From the human T2T-CHM13v2.0 reference genome, Homo sapiens, in the NCBI RefSeq assembly GCF_009914755.1, contig NC_060947.1: DNA of 64,000 nt, one strand, 5' to 3'. The position numbers and the translations under genes were made by a program. Each line of letters opens with the position of its first letter. Within the stretch, counting starts at the first letter, position 1. The notes under the pieces are model-generated. The model did not search any database and had not been told where the DNA came from. It worked only from the letters and a program-made list of their open reading frames with translations. Shown here piece by piece: positions 49,917-64,000 of the stretch.

Positions 49917-50911
49917 GTGGAGCATCGGAGGCTGTTACTCAATATCTTGGCCAGCACTCTCAACTGCTCTTTGCACACACTCCATATGAAGGCAAACTCC
50001 AGATCTTGGAGCCCATGTGTGTGTCATGCATTGTACTGCTTCTTGTACCCAAATCCATCTCAAGGGTGAGTAGACCAGGCTCAGACTTGTCCTGGGAGCA
50101 GATTTCTCAAGCTGCCCATGTCCCCACACTGTTTGATTAAAAGGAGGTGCTTCAAACTCTTTGGCTTTATATAGACTAGAATCAGAATGATTGGTGGTGC
50201 CTCTGTTCTCAAGGTATCCCAAAGCACTTTGTAAGGAAATATGACAAGCGCTGAGGCCATGCAGGCCAGTACAACAGCCGCCACCCAGCACTTCACAATT
50301 AGTCATGCCCAGCCTGGGATCATCAAGCCTGTTTTTATTGGAAGAGCAAGAGAGAGAGGGAATGCTAGCTGGCAATTTCCCCAGGTACCCTTTATGAAAG
50401 TGCCCTTGGCTCTTCCAATTTCATCTGAATAACCAGCTCAGGCAAATTTTCCTCTATCAAAAAGCAGAATGTGATAGTGACAAGCTGATGCCCGGCTGAT
50501 GCCCCAGGACATTGACTAAATAGACTTGGCCTCACAATTGGTTTTTATTCTCTATCTCCTTTCTTCCCTTTTGTTCTTTTTCTGTGTTTCTTTCCCCATT
50601 GCCATCTGCAGAGTGTTCTCAGTCAGAAGTCAGCTGTGGGGTGGACAGTTTGTCATTTTAAGATCATCCCTATTCTGTCTACCTTTCTTATCCCTCATAT
50701 CATTGCTTTTAGAGCAAGGACAATTCTGGAAGTGAAACTACAATAACACTCTGGGCTCCTTTCCCTCTAGTAGTACTCAACACACTTGTAATTACATGTT
50801 CAAATTTGTCTTTCTTATTTCTACTTAGGTTCATGAAGGCAAGGGACATGCCTGTGTTGCTTACTTTCTCTTGGCAGGCACATACAGCAAGTCTTCAAAA
50901 AATGCTTGTTA

Positions 50912-51120
<209 letters not shown>

Positions 51121-54100
51121 GAAGTCCACTGTTAGTATCTTTTCCCCTGCCTAGTTTGTAAGCAACTGGCCTCTTCTATTTGTAAGTTACCTGTTTTCAT
51201 TTCCATATGCCCCAAAGCAAACTTTAGCTCACGGCCTTACAGAGTGTGTATGTTAGTATGTTAAAATGAAATCAACTTTCCTCTCCCAGGCCTTCTAATT
51301 GACATGAATTTGGGAGTAGACTTGCATTGGCCTTTGTCCTGACAGCCAACAGAGTCCTCTTCTGTTGTATTCACTGTTGCCTTCCATGAGGATCCCATGG
51401 AGAAAGTTTGTCATTGATATACATTTTGAGGGCAGACTCAACTTGAGTAAACCTGATTGAGCTTTCCCCATCTGCCTCCCAGAGATCACTGCCTGTGCTT
51501 TGTTAAAAAGAGAATTATAGGAGTCCTCTCAAGGCAGAGAGGCCTAAAATTAGACATGGCAGCCATGCCTTTGGTGTGCATGGAGGTTGGATACAGGCAG
51601 CCAGTTTCCCCTCTGTTTTCTCCCTTGCTTACACAGCCAAGGAGTGGAGCCAAGCCTCAAGGGGAGGAGCTGTATACTCGAGCATGCCCTGTGGTTCCTG
51701 GCCCTGACTGAGGGACTATTTTATATATCCCAATAGAGAAGCGTGGAAGACATCTAGGTTGCCACTGTCATTTGAAATTGGAATTTTTAAAAGAGAAACC
51801 TGAAGACTTGAAGAAAGCTTTCTTTTGCCTCCCCTTACAGTTGATTTTTGAGCTTCTTAAAGCTACCTAGTCCAAAGTACCCACACTCTTATTCTTTTGT
51901 CTTTCCTACTGGTTTTATTTTTTTTTCATCTTCCCAGGTGTTTGATGATCACTAAGAGCTTCAACATTGCTCACCCTGACCAGGTATGAAGCCAAGAGTT
52001 TGGTTTAGGGCATAAAAGAATGTCGGAACTCAAGGACTAGGTTGAGGTGGGGAAGGGGGATGAAGGCTTCTTTTTTTCTTGGGTTAAGCAGAAATAACTT
52101 AGATCTCAGAGTGAAAGCCTTGAATTATCACATATATCACTGGAAAAGACTAGTTCTTTGCTATGATAACAATTGTTCATCATCTCTCCCCTGAGGATTT
52201 GGGGTCAAGGCCTGGCTACACCTTTTAATGATTTCAGTCATGTGACTTAACCTCTTTAAACTTGGATTTTCTTCATCTTTACAATGGAAATGATGACAAT
52301 AATCACTACCTCACAGATATTGATAATAATGATATCTCACTAGGAAGAGAATTAAGTAATATGAGGGATAAAAAGGCATTTGTAAATGGTAAAATGAGAT
52401 TATGATTTTGAAAGCTATTATTATTTTCCTTTCACTGTCTATTATCTCAACTCTTCTATTTTCTTGCCTTTTGTACAGCATGGATAATTTAGATGTGACT
52501 CTGGACAGAGGGATGGATCAGATGACTTCTTAAGTTATCTTCCAGTTTAGGAGTTCGTAAACTATACTTTCTCCTTTCCAGACTATCCTAGTAAGAAAAT
52601 TCTCTTTTAAGACAGAGTAGAACTCTGGAATTCATCAGTTTTGATGTTTCTTAAAGTGTAATCTAAGATAGTGCTCCTGTATTAAGTTCTGATGTCTGAC
52701 CATTGTTCAAATAAAGAGTAAAATGCAAATGACAGGAAATTGGCTGCGTTCTGAATCCTATTTTTATTTGGGATAACAATAAGCCTGTATGGTCACTGTG
52801 ACCTTTGATTTGCTGTTTCTGCAACCTCACACTTGTCTCAGGATTCTTCTTCCACTTCTGCACTTTATATTGGGTTTCTTCCAGGCATCATATTAAACTT
52901 TAAGCCAGGTATGTGTATATGCATGGGCTGTGGGCCTGAAAAAAATTAGCCCGAGAGAGAAAAAAATTTAAGTAGTGGGCTAGAAGTAAGCATGCTACTA
53001 GAAACAGAATTTGGGAACACAGCTCTGGGCCTAGAAAAGCGACCTGTCAACTTGTTACAGTTAACATCAATAACTATAGGATGGGTTTGGTGGAAAATTA
53101 TGCTGACCAACAGGGTGGGAGAGAATAGGGTCAGAATATATATCGCTGTAAGGTTGAGAAAAAAAGAAGTGAAAAAAAAAGAAATGCATAGAGAGAAAAA
53201 GGAGTTTAGAGGTAACATGTTAAAGTGTGAGAAATAAACTGGAGAGCTTGACTTCTCTTGAATATATTTTTAAATAAAGTACTCCTTTCAACTCCAAATG
53301 CAGCAGGCTTGGTTCCCTTCTCCTACCTCCATTGCGGATGAAAGCTTAATCTTTAAGATGGGCTTGGGTGGGTAGAGTACGCCCCTTGGTGAGCACTGTG
53401 CTCTCTGCAACCCCAATAAGGCCCAACAGGGCTCTCCAAGGAGGCAAAATTCTGATGATACATTTCTGTTTAGTGGAAAATGGGTAGGGAAAATTATGTC
53501 TTAGAATCAATTAACCAAACATAAAATCCTCCAAGGGGCTTGGTAGGATGCCTAGGGAAGAGCCACGAGATAAAAACTCCAGGCTGGAAGGGCATTGTTG
53601 CAGCACTGTCATTCTCCAGTTTCTCTTGGAGTTGTCACCACCCTCTCCTTTGTTCTCACTGCTGACATCATTTGTAAAATAATTTCTTCCCTTAAATAAA
53701 CAAGACATACAATCCTCTAAATGACTAAAGAACAGTTACCTAGAAGAAACCTTAGTGGAAAGTATTTTCTTCATCTAACGGATGATTGTCTTTACAGAGG
53801 TGGAGTAAAGGATGTGCGAGGGAGCATAATCAAGCTAAGAGATGCATGCTGACTTAAAAGGCATGATATATGTGAAACTAAGATAATGTGTTCAAGAGTG
53901 ATGCTTTGTTGATGCAGAACCACTGAATTCCTTACTATTATGTTTGCCTGACTATCGGCCTCTTAATAAAGAACTTGTGGTTTGAGTGTTCATTGAAATT
54001 AGCCATATTAGGTTTATGTGGGGATGTGAGGATCTATGTCTACCAATTGCAGCCTCTGCTGCAAATTGGAGGCAGAAATCTGGGCTGAACAATAGGTAAG

Positions 54101-55181
54101 AGTGTCAACTCTACAGATCTCTCACATGCTAAGCAAGCACAATATAGGGCAATCCAGGTTTACACAAAGGATTAATTTGGGAACAATTATCCTCATTTTC
54201 ACTTCCTAAAAAGATTTTGAATAAGATGTCTTTTAAGTAAGAAGCTCCCTGAATGCATTTAAAATATGATTTGATTATGTACATTTCAGATTTTTCTACC
54301 TTTCTAGGAGTATCTCTGTTGTATAAAAACACAAAATTCTGGAACTTTTGAAAGGAAGATGTGCCTCTCTTCATACATTTGTCATTCTTGAACGATTGTA
54401 AAATGAAGTGACTGCATATCACGTCATGTGCCCTATTGATTTCTTTTCTCGTTTTAGGAATATTCCCAGAAAAAAAAAAAAACTTTTTTTTTTTTTAAAT
54501 CTACTAAGCATGCTAGGTAAGACTGAAGATGAATCTATTTAAGTTATGTCAATATCTATTTATAAAGATTTTTGTGATATTCTTTTCACTGTAGAACTTC
54601 AAGCATATCCTAAAAGGAACGGTTAGATACCTCTACAAACTGTGGCAATGACTTACTGAGTAATTGCTGGCAACTGATTTTTGGTGCTTCTTGTTTTGAT
54701 AGTATAGCAGTGCGAGTAGGTTTCAGAAGAGCAAAACTAAGACAATCCAGGGAAATGCCATTTGAGAATTTCTAACTTTAAAAAAACAAGTAAAATAGTG
54801 CCAAGAATATTATCTAACTAACCCCAAAGTCTACAATGTAACTCTTTTATTTTGATAATGCTGTTCTAACCCTATCTACTTCAGTCCTTTCCCACCCAGC
54901 TGGTTTAGGAATCAAATTCCCAATGTTTCATCACTGTTAACATTACTGTTTTACTCTTCACTTTAGTTCTTAAATGGCATAGTGTCTTAAATTCCCTCAG
55001 CCTCTTTCACATTTGATTTCTTTGGAAACTTTTTACCTTTTCATTGAAGCCCATATGATCTTTTCCGAAACAGACCCTTATCTTTACCTCCTTCTTTGGA
55101 GTCTTTCTCCTACTTGAATTTCTGAACTTCTTAAAATGGCCGCTTTGGGTTGGTGTCAGTAATTCAGTAATAAGTTTTCTT

Positions 55182-55483
<302 letters not shown>

Positions 55484-55839
55484 AGTAATAAGTTTTCTTA
55501 AGTGCTTTCTTAATATTCTGATATTTTTAAAAAAGATCTGGACTATTTTGTCATACAGGCAACAGAATGTTAAACCATTTCATAAAACAATGACAAATAT
55601 ACATGAATTTTTCATCAGTTATAAATGCATTTCCTTTATAACATTGAACATGTTTTTGCAACTGAAATAAGTACGGTTTTCATTTTTAGAAGGCACATGA
55701 TAAAGTTAAGGCAGTGGTTAATTAATTTTTTCAGATTAATTTTTCAGAAAAGTGACTGTTTCTGTCTATTGTCTTAACCCCAGGCATCAAAGGATTTTAA
55801 TCAGAAAGAACCGAGGAATAATTTGGTTATTTTAGTGCC

Positions 55840-56126
55840 TTTTTTTGAGACAAAGTCTTATTCTGTCTCCCAGGCTGGAGTACAGTAGTGCGCTCATGGC
55901 TTACTACAGCCTCGATCTCCTGGTTCAAGTGATCCTCCAACTTCACTTTCCCAGCTAACTGGGACCACAAGTGGGCACCACACTCTCTGCAATTTATTTT
56001 AATTTTTCATAGAAATGGGGTCTCACTATGTTGCCCTGGCTGGTCTCAGAATCCTAGGTTCAAGCAATCCTTCCACCTCAGCCTCCTAAAGTGCTGTGAT
56101 TTCAGGCATAAGCCACTACACTCACC
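55840..56126 (-). mobile_element. AluJ-like, antisense
   Basis: GAGACAAAGTCTT...GGTCTCACTATGTTGCCC..CAAGCAATCCTTCC; flanks TATTTTAG(T/A)GC. Confidence 0.9.
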
Positions 56127-56465
56127 CTATTTTAGAGCTTTGTCAAGCTTTGGAAAGAAAACCATTTATAATATAATAGATAAATTATGGATATTTGAGG
56201 CAGTTTTTATCATAGTATACATGGTAAACCACAGCCCCCCTTTATAATATTTGTATTTAATAAAAATGAAAATATTACTTTTATCTTAAACATGTTTTAA
56301 CAAAGCAAGCATATGTAGATTAGCACTAATTAAAACAAAAACCTTTGTAATGATAGCTGTTTTTTATATGATTACAAAAAATTTACTATACAAATTTTTA
56401 TCCTAATCAGTGTGAAAAACTGCAAATATTAGCTTATAGGGCTAGTCTTCAGAGTCCTCTTCCTA

Positions 56466-56812
<347 letters not shown>

Positions 56813-57462
56813 CAGGCTCCTCCGCTTTTTCAGTTCCTAAATAATTTTCCAATCTAGAATGCAAAAGATTCTGAAGGAAGACAGTTACCATTTCAGATCG
56901 GCAGAAGTTGTGGCTTTAATCTAGACTCGAATATGTTTTACATCAAAGGGTTGCCTCAACAGTGCTCAAACCTGCCTCTCTGAAAACATGCTGAGCACGA
57001 AGGTTACTTGAAGTCTTAGCTTGAGTACTTAAGAGAGTGCTATGGAGGGATTGTTGATGAGAGCTGTGTCACAGCTAATTTTTCTTTAGTAATTAAAGGT
57101 TTATAAAAATCTTACACTGTATATTGACAAATTTAGCAACAAAATGAGCTTGAGAAAAAAATCAAGGCCTGCCATGGCATCTTTGCTTTTTTTTCTTAAA
57201 AAAAAAACTTTTTAGAAAGATTATGCGACTGTATTATCTGTAACTACTGCAATGGTGTAAATCCTGATGGTATAATTTGCTTTTTAAAGCTATCTTTACT
57301 TCAGTATAACTTAGATTAAATTTATTTTAAATTTAAATGATATTTTTCTCTTTGTTTATTATTTTATAATGTTTCCCATAGAATTCACAAAATTCATTAG
57401 AAAGATTTTTTTTTACTTCCTTAGGTCATTAAGATTCTGATTTGTCAATGGATTTCACATAA

Positions 57463-57675
57463 ACCCTGTCTTTCCAAAAATATACAAAAAAAAAAAAATA
57501 GCCAGGCGTGATGGTGCGTGCCTATAGTCCCAGCTACTCAGAAGGCCGAGTTGGGAGGATTGCTTGAACCCAGGAAGTTATGGCTGCAGTGAGCTATGGT
57601 CACACCACTGCACTCCAGCCTGGGCAACAAAGTGAGACCCCATCTCCAATAAATAAATAAACAAATAAGTAAATA
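57463..57675 (+). mobile_element. Partial Alu (right arm, J-like) with (AAAT)n tail
   Basis: AGCCAGGCGTGATGGTGCGTGCCTATAGTCCCAGCTACTC...CACTGCACTCCAGCCTGGGCAAC. Confidence 0.9.
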
Positions 57676-57725
57676 ATTTTCACCTTGAAAAGCTTATAAA
57701 TGTATGAAATCACAATGAGGGTCGC

Positions 57726-58142
57726 TGATATAGTTTGGATGTGTGTCCCTGCCCAAATTTGGTTTTGAATTGTAATCCCCAGTGTTGGAGATGGGGCCTG
57801 GAGGGAGGTGATTGGATCATGAGGGCAGTTTTTTCATGAATGGCTCAGCACCATCCCCTTGGTGCTGTTGTGGTGATAGTAAGTTCTCATGAGATCTGGT
57901 TGTATAGCACCTCCCCCCTTGCTCTCTTGTTCCTGCTTTCACCATGTGACATGCCTGCTCCCCCTTCACCTTCTGCCATAATTTTAAGTTGCCTGAGGCC
58001 TCACCAGAAGCCGAACAGATGCCGGCACCATGCTTTCTGCACAGCTTGCAAAGCCATGAGCCAATTAAACCTCTTTTTTTTTTTTTTATAAATTACCCAG
58101 TCTCAAGTATTCTTTATAGCAAGGCAAGAATGGACTTACACA
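57726..58142. mobile_element. Solo MaLR LTR (MST-like)
   Basis: TG...CA termini (TGATATAGTTTGGATG...TGGACTTACACA), internal TGTAATCCCCAGTGTTGGAG and CCTGAGGCCTCACCAGAAGC; 5-bp flanks GTCGC/GTCTC. Confidence 0.9.
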
Positions 58143-58942
58143 GTCTCTTTTGTATCAGGGAGAGGGTCTTCTTGGTGACTCCACTTCTTTTCTTTGTTTA
58201 TGTATCCTTCCAGATGATGTATTTATTTCCTTTGTTTTTCAATTGATATTTACTCTTAAATTAAACTAATTATTTAAAAAAGCATTTTAAAGTCTCATTT
58301 TAGATTATTTTGACTATCTGATTTTTAAAATGGTTTAAAAAATCTATCTTGGCCTCCATATGCAATCAAATAAGAAACACATTTTAAGCATATTATTTAC
58401 CTTGTGGATTCTGCCTTCCTCAGTGTGTTCAGTCTGTGTATATTCATTTCTCCCACACTGTAAGAAGCTAGTCAGATGTATAATTGGATTATCATGCTAC
58501 ATAATCTTAGCACACTCATTTTAAGCATACATAGACTAGTGAGCACCACTCATTACATGTCATTTCTCTAGAGAAACTAGTTGGGCCATGGCTGCAGGAC
58601 TCTCACTTGAAAAGACATGTGTGGTGATGTTTTCTCAGGCAGTTAAGCAATAAAGTGTACCCTGATTTGCACTGAAAATAAAGATTCCTTTAAAGGGAGC
58701 AGTTCTAGTTATCTCTCTCTTTAGGTACCATATGCTGAACGTTTTTCTATGCACTAAAACAGCAACTAGGTTTTATACTCTGCCTTACAGCCTACTTCAC
58801 ACCCATTTCACAGGGAGAGGAACAGAGAGGTAAGTGATTTGCCCCAAATTACATAACTAGGAAGTTATTTGCTCAGTGTGGAAACTTGTTCAGAAGGTCA
58901 TTTCATTGAAATGTAGGAAGAGTTTCTGGCACTTCTCTTGAG

Positions 58943-59161
58943 CAGGAGTCAAAAACCTTTTTTTGCACTAGCCCAGATAGTAAACATTTTAGGCTTTGTG
59001 GGCCATATGATCTCTGTCAAAACTCCTCTACTTCGTTGTTGTAGTGCAAAAGCAGCTATACACAATCCTGAAATGAATGGGTGTGGCCGTGTTCCAGTAC
59101 AACCTTACAGAAAAGGCAATAGGCTGGATTTGGCTCTGAGACTGTAGTTTGCTGACCTCAG
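58943..59161 (+). mobile_element. MER58A-like hAT-Charlie element
   Basis: CCAGATAGTAAACATTTTAGGCTTTGTGGGCCATA...GGGTGTGGCCGTGTTCCA...TGTAGTTTGCTGACC; 8-bp TSD CTCTTGAG/CTCTTGAA. Confidence 0.85.
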
Positions 59162-60116
59162 CTCTTGAACTGAGCTCTTTAACTGACCTCAGCTCTTGAA
59201 CTATGGTACAAGATCCCATGGTCCTGTTTGGTACCTCCATTTGCCCTCCTTTTCACTCTCTGGGAGCATAGCTAAGTTCAAAATTGAATTAGGTACTTGT
59301 AGTAAGAGCATACTTATAATCCTGGGATCTTCATGTTGCCAGATATTAACCTCTTGAAGTTTTTCACCACAACCTGGGCACTTTTCTGATTTGCTCACTT
59401 CTAGCCCCACCTTTGGGCCCCTTCATAAGCAAACATGCAGGTTTTCCAGAGAGCTGTATGCTACTGAATGCAGAAAATTTGGCTCATACTGGCCTATGGA
59501 CTATCTGCTCACTGCCCTGATAACTATTTTCCAAGGGAGTGGGTGCCCTACCTTTCCTACATGAAGTTTTTTGCTAGTCTTGCCCTAAAAATTCTAGGTA
59601 TCCCTTGCTTTTAGGATAAATATGTTTCACTGGGACCAGCTGGAAAACGAAAAATAGAATTATCCAACTACCACTTTAAAATTGGACAAAGACTTTTGTT
59701 GTTGTTGTTGGAGGGGGTGGTAAACATCATTTTAGCAGACCAAATATACTTTTGGTGAAAGGCAGCCTGTTGCAAAGACACAACACTTGGACAAGATTTT
59801 GAAGCCCTGGTTGCCTTTACTACTGACTTAACTACAGTATTTGCGGACTTGAGCAAGTTGCTTCCCTTCTGTGAGCCTCAGGTTATTCATCTTTGAAATG
59901 AGTATAATACCTGTGATTATAATTACTTATCTGGATTCTGCAGAGAATTGAAGGAGATAATGGGTGTAAAAGTACTTTAGCGCCCAGCACTGCTCCTTAT
60001 GAAAATGAGGAAATAATTGAGATGAGTGAGCCATTGAGGCAACAGTACAAAAAGTGCTGAAAACTCACTGCTTAAATAAGCACCTCTTACTGCTTTTGTG
60101 GCACTTTGTAGCAATG

Positions 60117-60411
60117 TTTTTTTTTTTTTTTTTGAGACGGAGTCTTGCTGTCTTGCCCAGGCTGGAGTTCAGTGGCACGATCTCGGCTCACTGCAACCTC
60201 CGCCTCACAGGTTCAAGCATTCTCTGACTTCAGCCTCCTGAATAGCTGGATTAGAGGTGCGTGCCACCACGCCCAGCTAATTTTTGTATTTTTAGTAGAG
60301 ACGGGGTTTCACCATGTTGATCAGGTTGGTCTCGAACTCCTGACCTCATGATCTGCCCGCCTTGGCCTCCCAAAATGCTAGGATTACAGATGTGAGCCAC
60401 CGCACCCCACC
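60117..60411 (-). mobile_element. Alu (AluS-like), antisense
   Basis: polyT-GAGACGGAGTCTTGC...GATTACAGATGTGAGCCACCGCAC; flanks AGCAATGT. Confidence 0.97.
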
Positions 60412-61714
60412 TCAGCAATGTGTTTTTATTCTGACTAGAAAAGTAATGTTTGGTTTTGTTTGGCTCTTTGCTTAATATACCCATAATAAGGGTACCTATT
60501 TGCCTTTGGACCATTAGTTCAAATATTATTTTATTAATATGGAATTACTGGGCTCCAGAAGCCATAGTCTTCTTAGCTGCTCCCTATCCCCACTCTCACC
60601 TCAATTTTTTTTTTTCACTTTTGTTTTTCTTCTCAGGGAAAGGTTTGAGGCAAAGAATGTCTTCTTATGATCCAAAACCAAGCATGGTGGTGATTTATTC
60701 ACCAAGAGATTCCTAAGTACCTGTGTGATGGACATGGTAGAATCTTTGTCCTGAGGGAGCTATCTAGATCCATTCCTTCTGATATGCAGCCAGTAGCCAC
60801 TTGTGGTAATGGAGCAATAGAAACAACACTAGTTCAAGTGGAAACGTGAGATGAGAAGTAGGAGGTGGAGAGAACTAACCAGAAGAGGGTACCCAAATAA
60901 ACCAGAAATATGTATGTGTTAGAGAAGGGGCCTATTGAGCGGGTGGCAGTGGCATGTGTGGCATTACTTGCTCCTGTATTCTCTGCTTTTTACTTAGTTG
61001 TGGCTTTGGTGGTATAGTCTCAAATCTAAGTTACGTAGGTAATATTGTTATGTATCATGTTTTGGCAATGTAGACTAAATACTTGCTCATAAGAGTACAG
61101 GACAATGAGGATAGTTTGGTTTTGTTTACTGCATGGAAAATGCAGGATGTTTAGTAAATAGATTCATGGCGTAGTGAGTTCACTACTAAAATCAGACTCT
61201 GAGAATGGGTTTGATTTAAATGGCTAGTTTAGAAGACTGAATTTAGGCCACTTGATTGAGAAAGGCCATTTTGGGTAATTATAAACCACCAACATTGTGT
61301 TTTGAATGTTAAAGCTTATATTTGTCTTCCAGTTACCAGAATGTAAGCTTCTTGAGGAGGGAGAGAGGAGTTTTCTTAATCTCTGAACCTGCACCTTTCT
61401 TCTGTGCCTAGCCCAGTGCCTGGCACCAAACAGGTGCTCAATCAATGTTGATTCTATGCTACCAACAAAAATGAGTCCATGATGTTTACTATTCAACAAA
61501 TGAATACAATTTTAGAGTAAATTTTTACTGCTTACACTACATGTAGATTTTCTTTTTAGAGATTTCGCAATGCTGATTTATTTCAAAATAAGCTTGAAGC
61601 TAAGCGACAAAGCTGAATGATGATTTGTTTTTTATTTATTTTTAAATCCAAACTTACAATTTTACATGTCATTGCCAGAAAAATCATTAAATAAATTATG
61701 ATATGCGCATATGG

Positions 61715-61778
61715 AATACTTTGCAACCATTAAATCAACCATTAAATACTATGCAACCATTAAATCAACCATTAAATA
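61715..61778. repeat. Nested tandem repeat: 30-nt unit x2, each containing CAACCATTAAAT x2
   Basis: CAACCATTAAAT at 61724, 61736, 61754 and 61766. Confidence 0.9.
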
Positions 61779-62127
61779 TGTTGGTATATGCAAATGTGCA
61801 TATACCAACATATTATATAGTTGAGTAAGAAAAGCTAGTTTCAAATGAGTATGTTAATATCATCTGACTCTTGCAAAAGGAAAACCATACATTTGAATGT
61901 ACATATATGCATATGTTTATATGTGCATAGAAAAAGCTATGAGGGGATATACCTCAAGTTGCTAAAAGTGGCTCCACCTGGAGAGGGACATGGAAAGGAG
62001 TTGGCTAAAAACTGAGGTTTGTTATGGTATACACCCCTGCACAGTTTGATTTTTTAAAAACAATGATTATAAATTACTTTTATTATTTATAAAAATATTA
62101 TTTAAAATTTTGGTACTAAAAACAGAG

Positions 62128-62690
62128 CTCCATCAACAGGTCAATGGATAAAGAAAATGTGGTACATATATACAACCGAGTACTATTCGTCATAAAAAAA
62201 TGAGACCCTGTCATTTTTGCAACAAAATGGATGGAACTGGAAATTATTATATTAAGTGAAATAAGGCAGGCACAGAAAGGCAAACATTGCATGTTCTCAT
62301 TTAATCTGTGGAATCTAAAAATCAAAACAATTGAACTAATGGATATAGAAAGTAGAAGGATGGTAACCAAAGGCTAGAAAGGATAGTTGGTGGGGCAGGG
62401 GAGGGTGAGGTGAGCATGTTTAATGGGCACAAAAAAATAGAAACAATGAATAAGACCTATTATGTGATAGCACAATAAGGTGACTATAGTTAATAATAAT
62501 TTAATTGTACATTTTAAAATAACTAAAGAGGTATAATAGGATTGATTGTAACACAAAGAATAAATGCTTGAGGGATGTATACCTCATTCTCTATAATGTG
62601 ATTAGTACACATTGCATGCTTCTATCAAAAATTTTCATATACCCCATAAATATATACATCCATTGTGTACTCACAAAATTAAAAAAAACT
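62128..62690 (+). mobile_element. L1MA-like 3' end
   Basis: AATGGATAAAGAAAATGTGGTACATATA, ATGGATGGAACTGGA..ATTATATTAAGTGAAATAAG.CAGGCACAGAAAG; ends in an A-rich tail. Confidence 0.9.
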
Positions 62691-64000
62691 GTGCATTAAA
62701 GAAAAACAAAAATAAAAACCATAGTTCAAGTTATAAACAAAATAAAGGTAATTTGGAGGAAAACTGTCTTCAGTTATATTGGATATTTGGGGGACATTTT
62801 TGTATGTTAGTTAGCAAAGATCACTTGAAAAAGAAGATTCTTCCTTCTATGATTCAAGGGAGCCTAGCAAAAAATAAATGAAATGAAATAAAATAATACA
62901 AAGAGAAAAGATTATTCCATAAATTCTGCTTACTTATTTCTGGCAAACTTGTTGACAGCACATGTGACCTTTTGGTAAAAAGACATTTTTATATTTTTAG
63001 TTAAGTTTCAAATATAAATTGTTTGTGTTTTTAAAATAAATTAAATGGATGATTTCAGCCAGATCATTATGAAAACACATGAGATATTGGGTTATGCAAT
63101 GACTAACAGTGTGTACCTTTTCTTGATATTTATTCATAAACTGGGGAATAAAAGTACATTTTGGCCCATTTACTCCTTAAATAATTTTATGTCTCCCAAG
63201 GAGAGTTGTAAGTTGCTTGATAGTAAATGCTATGTATTTTGTACCTTAGTGTATATATTATGGGATTTCAGCGTTAGAAGAGCTCTTAAATGCCGTGTTC
63301 ATAGTCCAACCTGTCTTCTGATGCTTGAAATCCCCTTGCAGTAGGAAATGCAAAGTAGAGAGCAGACACTCAATAATGTAGTTAGTGAATTATTTAGAAA
63401 GAGGCATTTTGAGCCCATAATGTATGATAGGTACTTCTACATTTATTATTTTATTCTTTGCAGACCTGCAGAAAACTGTAAGAAAAAAGTTTATTTCAGA
63501 TTCATGTGTTTATTTGATTAATCTCTTCATAGGTTTCATTTTTCAGCTCCTGTCAGAAAATACAGATTCTTATAAGGTTCACCTTTTACCCATAAGAATA
63601 ATAGTATAAAGGGGATAATGTGAAATACAATCACTTCACAGACTGTTTCAATTAAATAAGAGCTCGTAGATAATTCAGTCCACCACACCCCATTTTACAG
63701 ATGTTGAAATTGAAGCCCCCACCAAAAGGAAAAGACTTGTTCAAAGTCACACAGCAAGTCAGTGGTGAACCTAATTAGGCCCCCTGCCTTCCATTTTAGT
63801 GAGATTCCTGTGCTGATAGTCATACCCATATCAAATCCTCTTTGGCAGTTATAGCTTGCCCACAGTAATGTGTCCTGAAAAATATGACAATTAATTAAGT
63901 TGGAGACAGAACCATAACCTCTTTATAAAAATTTTCTGGAAAGTTTACATGACAGTAAGTAATATATAATTAGAAAGGATAATTCTTATTTCATATTTAT

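Noticed and set aside
49634-50375. Longest intronic ORFs (168 and 146 aa, opposite strands)
   Set aside because: No recognisable protein features or exon structure; such lengths can arise by chance in 55 kb across six frames.

Overview
Human (primate) genomic DNA containing the 5' end of the X-linked androgen receptor gene (AR) on the + strand. In order: about 5.8 kb of upstream sequence; a TATA-less GC-box/homopurine promoter; exon 1 (about 5852-8596, with a 1.1 kb 5'UTR carrying an 8-codon uORF, and CDS 6978-8596 encoding the N-terminal domain with a 23-Gln and a 24-Gly tract); and about 55 kb of intron 1, which includes the alternative exon 1B used for AR45 (MILWLH, 30837-30856). Exon 2 is not in the window. 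The rest is typical eutherian repeat content (Alu, L1M, L2, MIR, MER DNA transposons, a MaLR LTR, microsatellites). I find no prokaryote-type system, RNA gene or additional protein-coding gene; nearly all other ORFs in the track are chance or repeat-derived. Leads worth checking: (i) the architecture around exon 1B (NAGNAG acceptor, stop/start-overlapping uORF, weak donor, G-runs, then about 900 nt of UG-rich sequence); (ii) a perfect GGTACAnnnTGTTCT steroid response element in intron 1; (iii) a perfect 21-bp hairpin nested in a tandem duplication; (iv) a pristine 5'-truncated AluYb8; (v) a 22/23-nt copy of the uORF sequence 6.3 kb upstream. Repeat boundaries and family names were assigned by eye and are approximate. 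Literature statements are from memory and were not looked up.
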